A stretch of 64,000 nucleotides of DNA from Polaromonas sp. (lineage in GTDB: Bacteria; Pseudomonadota; Gammaproteobacteria; Burkholderiales; Burkholderiaceae_C): assembly GCA_013297865.1 (NCBI GenBank), contig JAAFIP010000015.1:31359-95358 (forward strand), in the 5' to 3' direction. Made by a program: the position numbers and the translations under genes. Below the pieces are notes generated by a model. It was not told where the DNA came from. It ran no database searches and saw only the letters and a list, made by a program, of their open reading frames with translations. Shown here one piece after another: positions 17,273 to 27,434 of the stretch (its first letter is position 1; each line of letters opens with the position of its first letter).

Positions 17273-18622
17273 ATGAACGCACCGCAGTCGCACGATAACT
17301 CCCCCTCGCCGTCAACAGCCAAACTGACCTGGCTGCAAACCCTCAAGGTCTATACCGAAGCGCCGACACTGCGCATGCTGAGCCTGGGCTTTTCTGCCGG
17401 GCTGCCCTTGCTGCTGGTGCTGGGCACCTTGAGCTTCTGGTTGCGCGAGGCGGGCATCAACCGTGCCACCATTGGCTACCTCAGCTGGATTGGCCTGGCC
17501 TATGGTTTCAAATGGTGCTGGGCACCGCTGGTGGACCGCTTGCCGATTCCCGTGCTGACCCGGCTGCTGGGGCGCAGGCGCAGCTGGCTTTTGCTGTCAC
17601 AGCTGGCCATCATGGCGGGCCTGGTGGGCATGGCGCTGAACGATCCCAAGCTTACGCTGATGCCGGTGGTGTGGTGCGCACTGGTGGTGGCTTTTGCTTC
17701 AGCCACGCAGGACATTGCGCTGGACGCCTTTCGCATCGAAAGCGCCGACATGCAGCGCCAGCCTGCCCTGGCCGCAGCCTACCAGACGGGTTACCGCATT
17801 GCCATGATCTGGGCGGGCGCAGGCGTGCTCAAGATTGCAGCGCGCGCCGAGGTGGCTGATGTGGCCAACTACCAGCATGCCGCCTGGCAGGTGGCCTATC
17901 TGGTCATGGCCGCGTCGATGCTGGTGGGTGTGCTGACGGTGCTGTTTACCGCTGAGCCCGCAGGGCGAGAGATGCCGTCTGCCAAAAACCTGGCCCAATG
18001 GCTGCAGACCGCTCTGATTGAGCCATTCACCGATTTTTTCAGCCGCTACAAACTGCAGGCCGCCCTGATTTTGGCCCTGATCGCCATCTACCGCATCAGT
18101 GATGTGGTCATGGGCATCATGGCCAATCCGTTTTATGTCGACATGGGCTACAGCAAGGACGAGGTGGCCAATATCACCAAGGTGTATGGCGTGGTCATGA
18201 CCTTGCTGGGCGCGTTTATCGGCGGCGTGCTGTCCATGCGCCTGGGGGTCATGCGTGTGCTGGCGTTGGGCGCGCTGCTGTCCGCAGGCAGCAACCTGCT
18301 GTTTGCCTGGCTGGGCACGCGCGGGCATGATGTGCAGGCCCTGATCTGGGTGATTTCTGCGGACAATCTGGCCAGCGGTATTGCCTCGGCAGCGTTTATT
18401 GCCTATCTTTCAAGCCTGACCAATATTCAGTATTCGGCCACCCAGTATGCGCTGTTCACCTCCATGATGCTGCTGCTGCCCAAGTTCATTGCGGGCTTCT
18501 CGGGTGAGTTTGTCAACCGGTTTGGTTACCAGAACTTTTTCATTGGCACGGCCCTGCTGGGCGTGCCCTCGTTGCTGCTGGTTGTGCTGGCCGCGCGCGC
18601 GGCGCCCGCAAAAACCCAGTGA
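17273..18622 (+). CDS. ampG: AmpG-family muropeptide/MFS permease
   Basis: 'LSLGFSAGLPLLLVLGTLSFWLREAG' and 'GYLSWIGLAYGFKWCWAPLVDR' are typical of AmpG. The first in-frame ATG at 17273 is preferred over the TTG at 17240. Confidence 0.85.
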   Translation: MNAPQSHDNSPSPSTAKLTWLQTLKVYTEAPTLRMLSLGFSAGLPLLLVLGTLSFWLREAGINRATIGYLSWIGLAYGFKWCWAPLVDRLPIPVLTRLLGRRRSWLLLSQLAIMAGLVGMALNDPKLTLMPVVWCALVVAFASATQDIALDAFRIESADMQRQPALAAAYQTGYRIAMIWAGAGVLKIAARAEVADVANYQHAAWQVAYLVMAASMLVGVLTVLFTAEPAGREMPSAKNLAQWLQTALIEPFTDFFSRYKLQAALILALIAIYRISDVVMGIMANPFYVDMGYSKDEVANITKVYGVVMTLLGAFIGGVLSMRLGVMRVLALGALLSAGSNLLFAWLGTRGHDVQALIWVISADNLASGIASAAFIAYLSSLTNIQYSATQYALFTSMMLLLPKFIAGFSGEFVNRFGYQNFFIGTALLGVPSLLLVVLAARAAPAKTQ

Positions 18623-18698
18623 AGTGCGGGGTTGAGGTGGCTTGCTGCTAGGCGCTGATTACAATGGCCCATGTCCAGAAGTTAATGCCGCACTGTCT

Positions 18699-19730
18699 AT
18701 GCAACATCCACGACTGAATTTGGGTCTGATCGGCTTTTCTGCCGAGCAGCAGACACTGATCCAGGCCCAGCTGGAGCGTGCTCCTGCCCAAATGGCAGGC
18801 TCAGATGCCAACAAGGTCGACCCCAACTATCCTATCTGGCTGATCACGGGCTACCGCGAGGCTAATGCCCTGCTGCTCAACGCAGACCACGTCTCCTGGG
18901 CCGATGCACAGGACCTGCGCTTTCACAGCGACGCGCAGCACAGCGATATCGTGGGGCTGCGTCCCAGCGAGCTGACCATGCCGTTTGCCATCTGCGGCAC
19001 CATCACACCACAGATGGCCGCAATCGTCTCAGACAAGGTGCCCAACACCGTATTGCACGATGAGCGCAGCATGGTGCACGCCCTGCAGTATTTCGAGGCC
19101 CTGCTGCGTCCGCTGCGCACGGTCTATGCCCTGGCCTACCAGATGGCCGAGCGCAGCCACGAGCTGGACAACAGCCATGTGTTCCACGTCGAGCGTGATG
19201 GCAAGCTCGAAGCGATTGTGGACATGCCCAGTCAGCGCGTGATGGTGCGCGACGGGCTGCGCCCTTTTGACCTGGATAACGCTTACTGGGCCCGCCGCCC
19301 TCCGTCAGCCAACAACTGCCCGGTCGGCTTTGTCGAGCTGACCACCGAGGAGCTGTCCTGGGTGCTGGCCATGCACGGCAAAAATTACGTGCTGCCCGAG
19401 CGTTACTTCAAAAAGAAAATCTACCTGCGCCGTCTGCCCCATGTGCGCATCGGCATGTTCTATCCCAGGCACAAGCCTCTGCTGGAGCTACTCAGCCAGC
19501 AAGGCTGGAGTTTTGCAGACCTGGCGGCCGCACTGGACGGAAACGATGAGCTGCTCAAGCGTGATCTGTATGCGCTGTACCTGTGCCGCGCCGTCACCAC
19601 CACCGCGCGCAAGCTGCCGCCCGGGGTGAGCTATGAGGCGTCGTTACAGAACTCAGATGCTGGGCAAAGTACAACCCCCAGTCTGATGGAAGATTTCCAC
19701 CTGGCCACCATCGCAGCCGACCTGCGCTAG
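18699..19730 (+). CDS. hypothetical protein (343 aa), no recognisable domain
   Basis: Long ORF with normal amino-acid composition and an ATG at 18699. No motifs recognised. Confidence 0.55.
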   Translation: MQHPRLNLGLIGFSAEQQTLIQAQLERAPAQMAGSDANKVDPNYPIWLITGYREANALLLNADHVSWADAQDLRFHSDAQHSDIVGLRPSELTMPFAICGTITPQMAAIVSDKVPNTVLHDERSMVHALQYFEALLRPLRTVYALAYQMAERSHELDNSHVFHVERDGKLEAIVDMPSQRVMVRDGLRPFDLDNAYWARRPPSANNCPVGFVELTTEELSWVLAMHGKNYVLPERYFKKKIYLRRLPHVRIGMFYPRHKPLLELLSQQGWSFADLAAALDGNDELLKRDLYALYLCRAVTTTARKLPPGVSYEASLQNSDAGQSTTPSLMEDFHLATIAADLR

Positions 19731-19768
19731 GGCCTGTTTACCTCAGCTGGCGCCGCTGCGCTGGCAGC

Positions 19769-21448
19769 TCAGGCGACCACGGCAAAACTGTTGGCCTGCG
19801 CGCGAGGCCAGTACAGCTTGAACACATTGTGCTGCGCGTCCAGCTCGCCACCGAGCAGCCCGCCCTCGGGCATGTGCGGCACCAGATTGGCCAACAGGCG
19901 CACCTGGTTGTCGTCCAGCCGGCGCACAATATGGTGCGCGGTGATGGCCCCGGGGTGCGTCAGGCCCGCAGCCTGCACCATCTCCTTGAGCGCGTGCAGG
20001 GTCTGCTGGTGAAAGTGGTAGACCCGGTCTGCCTTGGTGGGCACATGCAGGGCTTTTTGGCGTTGCGGGTCCTGGGTGGTCACGCCCGTGGGGCAGTGCC
20101 CCGTGTGGCAGGCCTGCGCCTGGATGCAGCCCAGCGCAAACATGAAGCCGCGTGCCGAGTTGCACCAGTCTGCGCCCAGCGCCATCATGCGTGCGATGTC
20201 AAAGGCGCTGACCACTTTGCCCGCGCAGCCCAGGCGAATTCTCTCGCGCAGCTTTACGCCCTTGAGCGTGTTGTGCACCAGCAGCAGGCCCTCCTGCAGC
20301 GGCGCGCCCACATGGTCAGTAAACTCCAGCGGCGCAGCCCCGGTGCCTCCTTCGGCCCCGTCCACCACGATGAAATCCGGCGTGATGCCCGTCGCCTGCA
20401 TGGCCTTGACGATAGCAAACCACTCCCAGGGATGGCCGATGCACAGTTTGAAGCCAGTGGGCTTGCCGCCCGAGAGCTCGCGCAAGCGGGCGATGAATTG
20501 CATCATCTCGATCGGTGTGCTGAACGCGCTGTGCGAGGCGGGTGACACGCAGTCCACCCCCACCTGCACACCGCGTGCGGCGGCTATCTCGGGCGTCACC
20601 TTGGGGCCTGGCAGCACTCCACCGTGGCCTGGTTTGGCCCCCTGGCTGAGCTTGAGCTCGATCATTTTGACCTGAGGGTCGCGCGCGTTGGCCTCGAACT
20701 TGTGAGCGTTGAAACTGCCATCGTTGTTGCGGCAGCCAAAATAGCCCGAGCCAATCTCCCAGACCAAGTCGCCACCGTGCACCTTGTGGTACTGGCTGAT
20801 GGAGCCTTCGCCCGTGTCGTGTGCAAAACCGCCGCGTTTGGCTCCGTGGTTGAGCGCCAGGATGGCGTTGGCACTGAGCGCACCAAAGCTCATGGCCGAA
20901 ATGTTGAACACACTCATGGCATAGGGCTGGGTGCAGCCACTAGCCGTCGTGCCCACCGTCACGCGAAAATCATGGGAGGCAAGCTGGGTGGGTGCGATCG
21001 AATGGTTGATCCACTCATAGCCTTGCGCGCCCACATCCAGCTGCGTGCCGAACGGGCGCTTGTCGCTCTCGCCCTTGGCACGCTGGTAGACCAGCGAGCG
21101 CTGTGCGCGTGAGAACGGCGCGGCTTCGTTGTCGCTTTCCAGAAAATACTGCCGCATCTCCGGGCGGATGTATTCGAGCAGAAAGCGGAAATGACCGATC
21201 ACCGGGTAGTTGCGCAAAATCGCATGCCGGCTCTGCAGCACATCGCGCGCGCCCAGGATGCTCAGGCCCAGAAAAAGCAGGCCATACAGCCAGCCCACAT
21301 CGAAAGCGATGATGCTAAACAGGCACAGCAGGGTCGCGAAAATGCACAGGCCCCAGGCGGTATAGCGAATCGGAAAATAGGCGTTGGCCCTGGCGATGGT
21401 TTCTGCAATCATGGCTTGGATGCTAATGGGTAATGGGTTTTTAACCAA
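19769..21448 (-). CDS. FMN-binding glutamate synthase family protein (GltB domain-2-like, membrane anchored)
   Basis: 'KLSQGAKPGHGGVLPG', 'GFKLCIGHPWEW' and 'VVDGAEGGTGAAP' motifs, with N-terminal TM helices. The start is either the TTG at 21448 or the ATG at 21412. Confidence 0.85.
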   Translation of the reverse strand: MVKNPLPISIQAMIAETIARANAYFPIRYTAWGLCIFATLLCLFSIIAFDVGWLYGLLFLGLSILGARDVLQSRHAILRNYPVIGHFRFLLEYIRPEMRQYFLESDNEAAPFSRAQRSLVYQRAKGESDKRPFGTQLDVGAQGYEWINHSIAPTQLASHDFRVTVGTTASGCTQPYAMSVFNISAMSFGALSANAILALNHGAKRGGFAHDTGEGSISQYHKVHGGDLVWEIGSGYFGCRNNDGSFNAHKFEANARDPQVKMIELKLSQGAKPGHGGVLPGPKVTPEIAAARGVQVGVDCVSPASHSAFSTPIEMMQFIARLRELSGGKPTGFKLCIGHPWEWFAIVKAMQATGITPDFIVVDGAEGGTGAAPLEFTDHVGAPLQEGLLLVHNTLKGVKLRERIRLGCAGKVVSAFDIARMMALGADWCNSARGFMFALGCIQAQACHTGHCPTGVTTQDPQRQKALHVPTKADRVYHFHQQTLHALKEMVQAAGLTHPGAITAHHIVRRLDDNQVRLLANLVPHMPEGGLLGGELDAQHNVFKLYWPRAQANSFAVVA

Positions 21449-21466
21449 GTCGTCACAAAAATCGGC

Positions 21467-22363
21467 TCAGGCGCCGAAAAACCGCTGCAGCGCCTGCGCC
21501 GTCGGGTCGGGCAGCTCTTCGGGAATAAAGTGGCCTGCGGGCAAGGCCTGGCCAGTGACTTGGCCCTGGCACTGGGCCTGCCATAAATCCAGCGGCTGGA
21601 ACATGCGGTGCACCACGCCGCGTTCGCCCCACAGCACCAAGGTGTCGCAGGCAATTTTCTGGCCCGCAGCGCGGCTGGCGCGGTCATGCTCCAGGTCAAT
21701 GCCTGCGCTGGCACGGTAGTCTTCACACATGGCGTGGATGGACGCCATCTGCCCAAAGCAGCGCTCGTACTCGGCCAGGGCCTGAGGCTCGATATAACCC
21801 AGCCCGGCACTGCCCCAGCCGCCCAGCTTGGCATGCAGATAGTTTTTCCAGTCGCTGTAGATCATGCGCTCAGGCAAGGGGCTGGGCTGGATCAGGTGAA
21901 ACCAGTGGTAGTAAGCACGGGCAAACGCCATATCGGTAGCGTTGTACATGTCCAGTGTGGGCGCAATGTCGATCACGCAGAGTTTTTTCACCTGGGCAGG
22001 GTGGTCCAGTGCCAGACGGTGCGCCACGCGGCCACCGCGGTCGTGGCCACACAGGTCGAATGTCTCGATGCCCAGCGCCGCCATCACATCCACCAGGTCC
22101 TGCGCCATCATCCGTTTGCTGGCCTGTACGTGGTCCGCGGTCGCCAGCAGCTTGGACGAGTCTCCATAGCCGCGCAGGTCGGGCATGACCACAAAGTAAT
22201 CTTTGACCAGCAGCTGCGCTACGCGATGCCACATGACATGGCATTGCGGAAAGCCATGCACCAGCAGCAACGCAGGTTTGCTGCGGTCGCCGCCATGGCG
22301 AGCAAAAATATCGACACCGTTGACCGCAAATTTCTGTGTTTTAAATCCGTCAAACCAAACCAT
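21467..22363 (-). CDS. alpha/beta hydrolase, haloacetate dehalogenase/epoxide hydrolase-like
   Basis: 'PALLLVHGFPQCHVMWHRVA', 'DLRGYGDS' and the nucleophile 'CGHDRGGRV'. The start at Met 22363 ('MVWFDGF') is preferred. Confidence 0.8.
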   Translation of the reverse strand: MVWFDGFKTQKFAVNGVDIFARHGGDRSKPALLLVHGFPQCHVMWHRVAQLLVKDYFVVMPDLRGYGDSSKLLATADHVQASKRMMAQDLVDVMAALGIETFDLCGHDRGGRVAHRLALDHPAQVKKLCVIDIAPTLDMYNATDMAFARAYYHWFHLIQPSPLPERMIYSDWKNYLHAKLGGWGSAGLGYIEPQALAEYERCFGQMASIHAMCEDYRASAGIDLEHDRASRAAGQKIACDTLVLWGERGVVHRMFQPLDLWQAQCQGQVTGQALPAGHFIPEELPDPTAQALQRFFGA

Positions 22364-22488
22364 CGCAACATGCTCCGCAAATGCTATAGGCCCATAGGGT
22401 ACAGCATTACAGGTGCGGCGCAAGCCACCCATGAAAATCATCCAAGCATAGCTTCAGGGACTCCAGATGGACGGTGAGGTCCAAAGCT

Positions 22489-23682
22489 TCAGGCTTGTAT
22501 AAAACGTTCCAGCGCCCGCCGGGGTGTCGCTGGCGGCGGGCTGGCAGTGTAGCCCAGGCGGCAGAACATTTGTACGGTGGCATCAGCCGCAGTGCTGGGA
22601 GCATTCTTACCCAGAATCAGTTGATGTATCTTGTCGTAGTATGGTTTCATATCGGAAAACTCTTGCAAGGCTTGGCTCATTGGGTGTACACCCACACCCA
22701 GCTCGCTGGCTTTGAGCTGCAAACGTACATAGGCGCGCCCAGCATCTATTTGCTGGCTACGGCTATTGCCCGCACTGGTCAGCCACACAAAGCCCATGGC
22801 CGTACGACTGTGCCCCTCAAAGCGACCAAAGGCGGTTTTGTAGGCGGTAGTGCCTTGCGCAAGAGGCGCATTTCTGTCTACCATGCCTACGGCGTTTGCA
22901 AAGCGGACAAAGCCCGTGTTGAGTGAAATGCCGTCGCGGTGTTTCAGAATCTCAGCAGGTCCAATCCGGGTAAGTTGGAGGCTTTCCAGCGAAGTGCGCG
23001 GATTGAGCAACTCTACCTGCGCAGATTGCCAGCAGAGCTCACGCATGGCAGGCAGTTTGGCATCATCCACTGTACCGCCTAGCGTGATGCCGTTGACATT
23101 GCTGCTCTCCAGCAATGTCTGTAGCGTTACAGCGCTGACTGCGCGTGTGGCATCGTAATCGCTTTTGGGTGTGTGGCGTTTCAAGATTTGTGCAAACAAG
23201 GCATCTGGTGCAGCTTCAGATGCAGGTTTGCCCAATGCAATGCGTGCAATAGGTCGTCCGTCCCACGCATTGAGATCCAATGGCAGTTCACCTTCAGGCC
23301 ACAGGGTGACCTTTGCTGCCAGACCTTCTTTAGCCAAAGCCATGACCAATAGCTCTAAAAATGCGCCATGCCCTATCAAGATTTGCCGTCCAAACGGGTC
23401 TGTTTCAGGCAGCACACGCTGTGGATCGGTTTTTAAAACGATGACATCAGGCTGGCGCAAATCGACCAACCATGGTTGCAAATTATGCGGATTAGGGGCG
23501 GTAATAGCGTAGGCTACGGCACGGCGGCGCGGGTCTGTCTCATTGCCCGGGCCTTTCCAGGCCTCGATGGCAGCATCAGGATATGCACCTGTGGTGGCGC
23601 ATCCACTGAGCGATGCGGTTGTTGTGACAGCGGCGGCAATAGTGCCACCGCCAACCAGTCGAATGAATTTACGGCGTTGCAT
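22489..23682 (-). CDS. Tat-signal nitroreductase-fold protein (Acg-like FMN-binding family)
   Basis: Twin-arginine signal 'MQRRKFIRLVGGGTIAAAV...LSGCA' and 'ITAPNPHNLQPWLVDL'. GC is lower, about 55%. Confidence 0.75.
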   Translation of the reverse strand: MQRRKFIRLVGGGTIAAAVTTTASLSGCATTGAYPDAAIEAWKGPGNETDPRRRAVAYAITAPNPHNLQPWLVDLRQPDVIVLKTDPQRVLPETDPFGRQILIGHGAFLELLVMALAKEGLAAKVTLWPEGELPLDLNAWDGRPIARIALGKPASEAAPDALFAQILKRHTPKSDYDATRAVSAVTLQTLLESSNVNGITLGGTVDDAKLPAMRELCWQSAQVELLNPRTSLESLQLTRIGPAEILKHRDGISLNTGFVRFANAVGMVDRNAPLAQGTTAYKTAFGRFEGHSRTAMGFVWLTSAGNSRSQQIDAGRAYVRLQLKASELGVGVHPMSQALQEFSDMKPYYDKIHQLILGKNAPSTAADATVQMFCRLGYTASPPPATPRRALERFIQA

Positions 23683-23731
23683 GGCTTTTCCTTTCAGTAG
23701 GGGGTTACGTAATAACAAAATGCAATGAGAC

Positions 23732-24553
23732 TCAGTTCAGAAACGGCAGGCCATTGCGGGCTTGCATGAATGTCCAGAAGCAAAAACCCGTGTACGCTGC
23801 AGCGAAGGCCCACACAGCGCGCACCGCAGGGGCTTGCGGTACTCGGACCCACGTCAACGCCAAGGCAAATGCAGGGATGAAATGCATGGCATGGATGCCA
23901 AAGAAATGGGCTACACGCAAGTCGCCGCCACTACGGGACCATTTGACTATTGGCAAGCCACCGCTGTCCGTCAGTGCGCCTCCTACCCAGTGGCCAGTGC
24001 GCTGTGCGCTAAGGTAGCCACCGAACCCTGTACCGATGAAAAAGGTTAAACCCAATCCCAAAATAACAGCGAGCGTGATGGCGGGCGGCAAGCTATAGGA
24101 TGGGTTGCGGGCAATCAGTATGGCAAGAGCCAATGATGCACTGGCCAACACCACTGCGCCAATGCCCATCAGGGTGTACATGGTGGATAAAAACGGCGTT
24201 GCAGTATTGAAATGCGAGGCCTGCCCCTGACTGCCTTGCCAGGTGATATAGGCCACCTCAAACAAACCAGCAATGACAGCGGCCCACACCACATAGCGTG
24301 CCGTCTTGGTGCGCAATGCAGCGGTGGGCAGCCAGACCATAAAGAGCGCCAAAGTCAGCAAATAGACGCCTGTCGAGAGCTGAAATTTAAATGGCTTTAG
24401 CCAAACACTCACACCTTGCAGCTGGCGACTGTCGGGTAGCGACAGTGCCAAGGTGGCTATGGACATGCACAACAGTATCCAACCAATCCAATAAAGTGGT
24501 GGTGCTGCAATGCGAACTTGGGCAAATAGACTGTCACCTGAAGTCATGGACAT
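23732..24553 (-). CDS. hypothetical polytopic membrane protein
   Basis: About 7 hydrophobic helices. Start uncertain (24553 or 24607). No family recognised. Confidence 0.5.
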   Translation of the reverse strand: MSMTSGDSLFAQVRIAAPPLYWIGWILLCMSIATLALSLPDSRQLQGVSVWLKPFKFQLSTGVYLLTLALFMVWLPTAALRTKTARYVVWAAVIAGLFEVAYITWQGSQGQASHFNTATPFLSTMYTLMGIGAVVLASASLALAILIARNPSYSLPPAITLAVILGLGLTFFIGTGFGGYLSAQRTGHWVGGALTDSGGLPIVKWSRSGGDLRVAHFFGIHAMHFIPAFALALTWVRVPQAPAVRAVWAFAAAYTGFCFWTFMQARNGLPFLN

Positions 24554-24767
24554 CTTTCGGGCTGTGTTGATACCCTGTATTGTCAAAATCACATCGGAAA
24601 TACGCAATTGGCTATCTGTTCATAGCAGAATTACATAAATGAATAACCGATAAGCTTGGACACACCCATTTTTGCAATGCCCGACCATGACAGCTTGCTG
24701 GCGGTAGCAGTGCGCAGCGCAAGATCACATGGCTTGGCGCAAAGCCGTGCGAATACAGCAACGGGGT

Positions 24768-25667
24768 TTACAAGATGCGTTGCAGCGCAGTAGCCAACGC
24801 GTCATAGACCTTACGGATCCGTGGACTGGTGCGGATTTCGCGGTGCACAGCCAGCCACATCGGAAGCGGCGGTATGTTCAAGTCTGGCAGCAGGTGCACC
24901 AGATCAGGGTCATTGCGCGCCACATACTCGGCCAAAAAACCGATTCCCACTCCTGCACGCACCGCCTGCCACTGCACGATCAGGTCATCGCTGCGCACGG
25001 CAAAAATCTCTTTGGGCACGTCATAGCCCATCTGCTGGAAGCCGCGCCGGATGACATCAATGGCATCGTCACCAATCAGTGCATGCTCCAGCAGGTCTGC
25101 AGGCGCGGTGGGTGTGCCGCGGCGCTGCAGATAGTCACGGTGTGCATACACGCCCAGGCGCACTTCACCGATTTTTTTGGCTACCAAGGAGGCCTGCTCT
25201 GGCCGCGCCATGCGGATGGCGATATCTGCCTCGCGGCGCAGCAGATTGCTGAACTGGTTGCTTGACACGATCTCAAACTGCACTTGTGGCATGTCCTGGC
25301 GCATCTGCGCGAGAACTGGCGGCAGCAGCGCGCAGGCCACGGGCTGGCTGGCACTGATGCGCACGCTGCCCTGCACGTTAAGTTGCGCTCCTGTGGCTTG
25401 CTGGGCCAGCTGCATCGCGCCCAGCTCCATGCTGCGTGCGGTATCTGCCAGTGCCAGCGCAGCGGCAGTAGGGTTCAGGCCACGCCCGGTGCGCTCAAAA
25501 AGCACACTGCCCAGTTGGCTTTCCAGCTCGGTGATCTGCCGCCCCACGGTGGGCTGGCTGGTCTTGAGCACGCGCGCCGCGCCCAGCAGGCTGCCATGGT
25601 CCAGCACCGCCAGAAAGGAACGCACCAGGTCCCAGCTGAAGGACTGGCTTTCTATTGCTTTGCGCAT
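24768..25667 (-). CDS. LysR-family transcriptional regulator
   Basis: wHTH 'FLAVLDHGSLLGAARVLKTSQPTVGRQITELESQLGSVLFERTGRG'. Divergent from the next gene. Confidence 0.9.
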   Translation of the reverse strand: MRKAIESQSFSWDLVRSFLAVLDHGSLLGAARVLKTSQPTVGRQITELESQLGSVLFERTGRGLNPTAAALALADTARSMELGAMQLAQQATGAQLNVQGSVRISASQPVACALLPPVLAQMRQDMPQVQFEIVSSNQFSNLLRREADIAIRMARPEQASLVAKKIGEVRLGVYAHRDYLQRRGTPTAPADLLEHALIGDDAIDVIRRGFQQMGYDVPKEIFAVRSDDLIVQWQAVRAGVGIGFLAEYVARNDPDLVHLLPDLNIPPLPMWLAVHREIRTSPRIRKVYDALATALQRIL

Positions 25668-25770
25668 GATGACTTATTCATTTTTGAAACTCTGCTGTAC
25701 ACACATAGGCAATTGTGTATCACAGCGATTGTTTTGACAATCACTTTCACAGTTGAACAAAGGAATCACC

Positions 25771-26682
25771 ATGCAGCAAACCATCGTCATCACAGGCGCC
25801 AGCGGCCGCTTGGGCCAAGCCTGCAGTCAGGCCTTTTCAGATGCGCACTGGCGTGTGCTGGCACACAGCCTGTCGGGCCCATCGGCAGACAATACGCCGC
25901 TGCCGCAGCAGGCAGATGTGCTTTTGCATGCCGCCAACCCGCCTTACACGCAGTGGCACACCCAGGCCCTGCTCGCGCTGGAAAAATCCATTGCCTTGAG
26001 CCTGCAGCTGGGCGCAGTGCTGATGCTGCCAGGCAATGTCTATAACTACCAACCTGTGCCTGCACTGTTGACCGAGGCGTTGCCGCAGCACAGCAGCACG
26101 CGCAAAGGGCAGCTGCGCATCGCCATGGAGACCTTGCTCAGGCGTGCCAGCGAGCAGCAGGGCCTGCAAGTCGTCGTGTTGCGCGCTGGAGACTTTTTTG
26201 GCTCGGGCACGGGCAGCTGGTTCGATCTGGCGCTGGCCTCCAAGCTGCGCAAGGGCCAGTTGGTCTACCCTGGCCCGGTGGACATACCCCACGCCTGGGC
26301 CTACCTGCCCGATCTTGCGCAAACACTGCTGCTTCTGGCGCAGCAACGCGATCAACTGGCGGCGTATGAAAGCCTGCATTTCCCGGGCCACACGCTCAGC
26401 GGCACCGACTGGCTGCATGCGCTAGAGCCCATGGCCCGCAGTCAAGGCTGGCTCAAGCCAGGCCAGGCGTTGCAACTCAAATCCATGCCATGGACGCTGA
26501 TGTCCTGGCTGGCGCCACTGGTGCCGATGTGGCGCGAAGTGCTGGAGATGCGCTATCTGTGGGACCAGCCCCATGCGCTACACAGCGCTCGCCTGCCGCA
26601 ACTACTTGGCACGGTGCCCAGCACGCCACTGCCGCTGGCCCTGCAGGCTTCGTTGCAGCAATTGGGCCTATCCACCTCGTAG
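25771..26682 (+). CDS. NAD-dependent epimerase/dehydratase-family protein
   Basis: 'IVITGASGRLGQA' Rossmann motif. The ATG at 25771 has the RBS 'aaggaa'. Confidence 0.75.
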   Translation: MQQTIVITGASGRLGQACSQAFSDAHWRVLAHSLSGPSADNTPLPQQADVLLHAANPPYTQWHTQALLALEKSIALSLQLGAVLMLPGNVYNYQPVPALLTEALPQHSSTRKGQLRIAMETLLRRASEQQGLQVVVLRAGDFFGSGTGSWFDLALASKLRKGQLVYPGPVDIPHAWAYLPDLAQTLLLLAQQRDQLAAYESLHFPGHTLSGTDWLHALEPMARSQGWLKPGQALQLKSMPWTLMSWLAPLVPMWREVLEMRYLWDQPHALHSARLPQLLGTVPSTPLPLALQASLQQLGLSTS

Positions 26683-26711
26683 GCCCTCATCTTTAACCTC
26701 AGGAGTTTTTC

Positions 26712-27434
26712 ATGACCATTTCTTCATCCCTCCCATCCACATCGCAGCATGCTTTCAACGCCAAGCTGGCAGGCCTGTTGTTCATCATCACCGCCCTGCT
26801 GTCGTTTGCGCCGCTGGTAATACTGGGCTCGGCCATTGGCTGGCCTGCATCTTTGGGCAAACCGGCGGCTGAGCAGCTCAGTGCCATAGCCAAGGTGCCG
26901 CAGGCACTGGCCCTGGGCTACGGCGTGTATCTGCTGTATTCGATCCTGGTGCTGCCGGTGATGGTGCTGGCAGCACGCCATATTTTCGGCACGCTGGCAG
27001 CCACAGGCGCGATGCTGGTGGTGGCTTTTGCTGCCTTATCTGCGTTGGCGCGTAGCATCGGCATCCTGCGCTGGCTCACCGTGATGCCCGAGCTTGCCCA
27101 GCAACATGCCAGCGCCGACCCCGCGACGCGCAGCACGATAGAGCTGGTGTTCAACGCCATCACGCGCTGGGGTGGCGGCATCGGTGAATTGCTGGGGGTC
27201 AGCCTGTTTATGGGGCTGTCGCTGGCCGTAGCCATGGCAGGTGCCTGGTCTGTGCGCAGCCTGCCGCGCTGGCTGACCTTGCTGGGCATGTTGGCTGCCG
27301 CGCTGTTGCTGGGATTGTTTTTGCCCGCGGTCGGCTTGGCCATCAATGTGCCGGTGGCCGCAGCGGTATCCACCCTGTCGGTCTGGATGCTGGCAACAGG
27401 GGCCTGGCTGCTGGTGGCGCGGCGCTCCGCTTAG
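26712..27434 (+). CDS. membrane protein (DUF4386-like)
   Basis: 240 aa with 6 hydrophobic helices; RBS 'aggag'. The family assignment is from memory of similar sequences. Confidence 0.6.
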   Translation: MTISSSLPSTSQHAFNAKLAGLLFIITALLSFAPLVILGSAIGWPASLGKPAAEQLSAIAKVPQALALGYGVYLLYSILVLPVMVLAARHIFGTLAATGAMLVVAFAALSALARSIGILRWLTVMPELAQQHASADPATRSTIELVFNAITRWGGGIGELLGVSLFMGLSLAVAMAGAWSVRSLPRWLTLLGMLAAALLLGLFLPAVGLAINVPVAAAVSTLSVWMLATGAWLLVARRSA

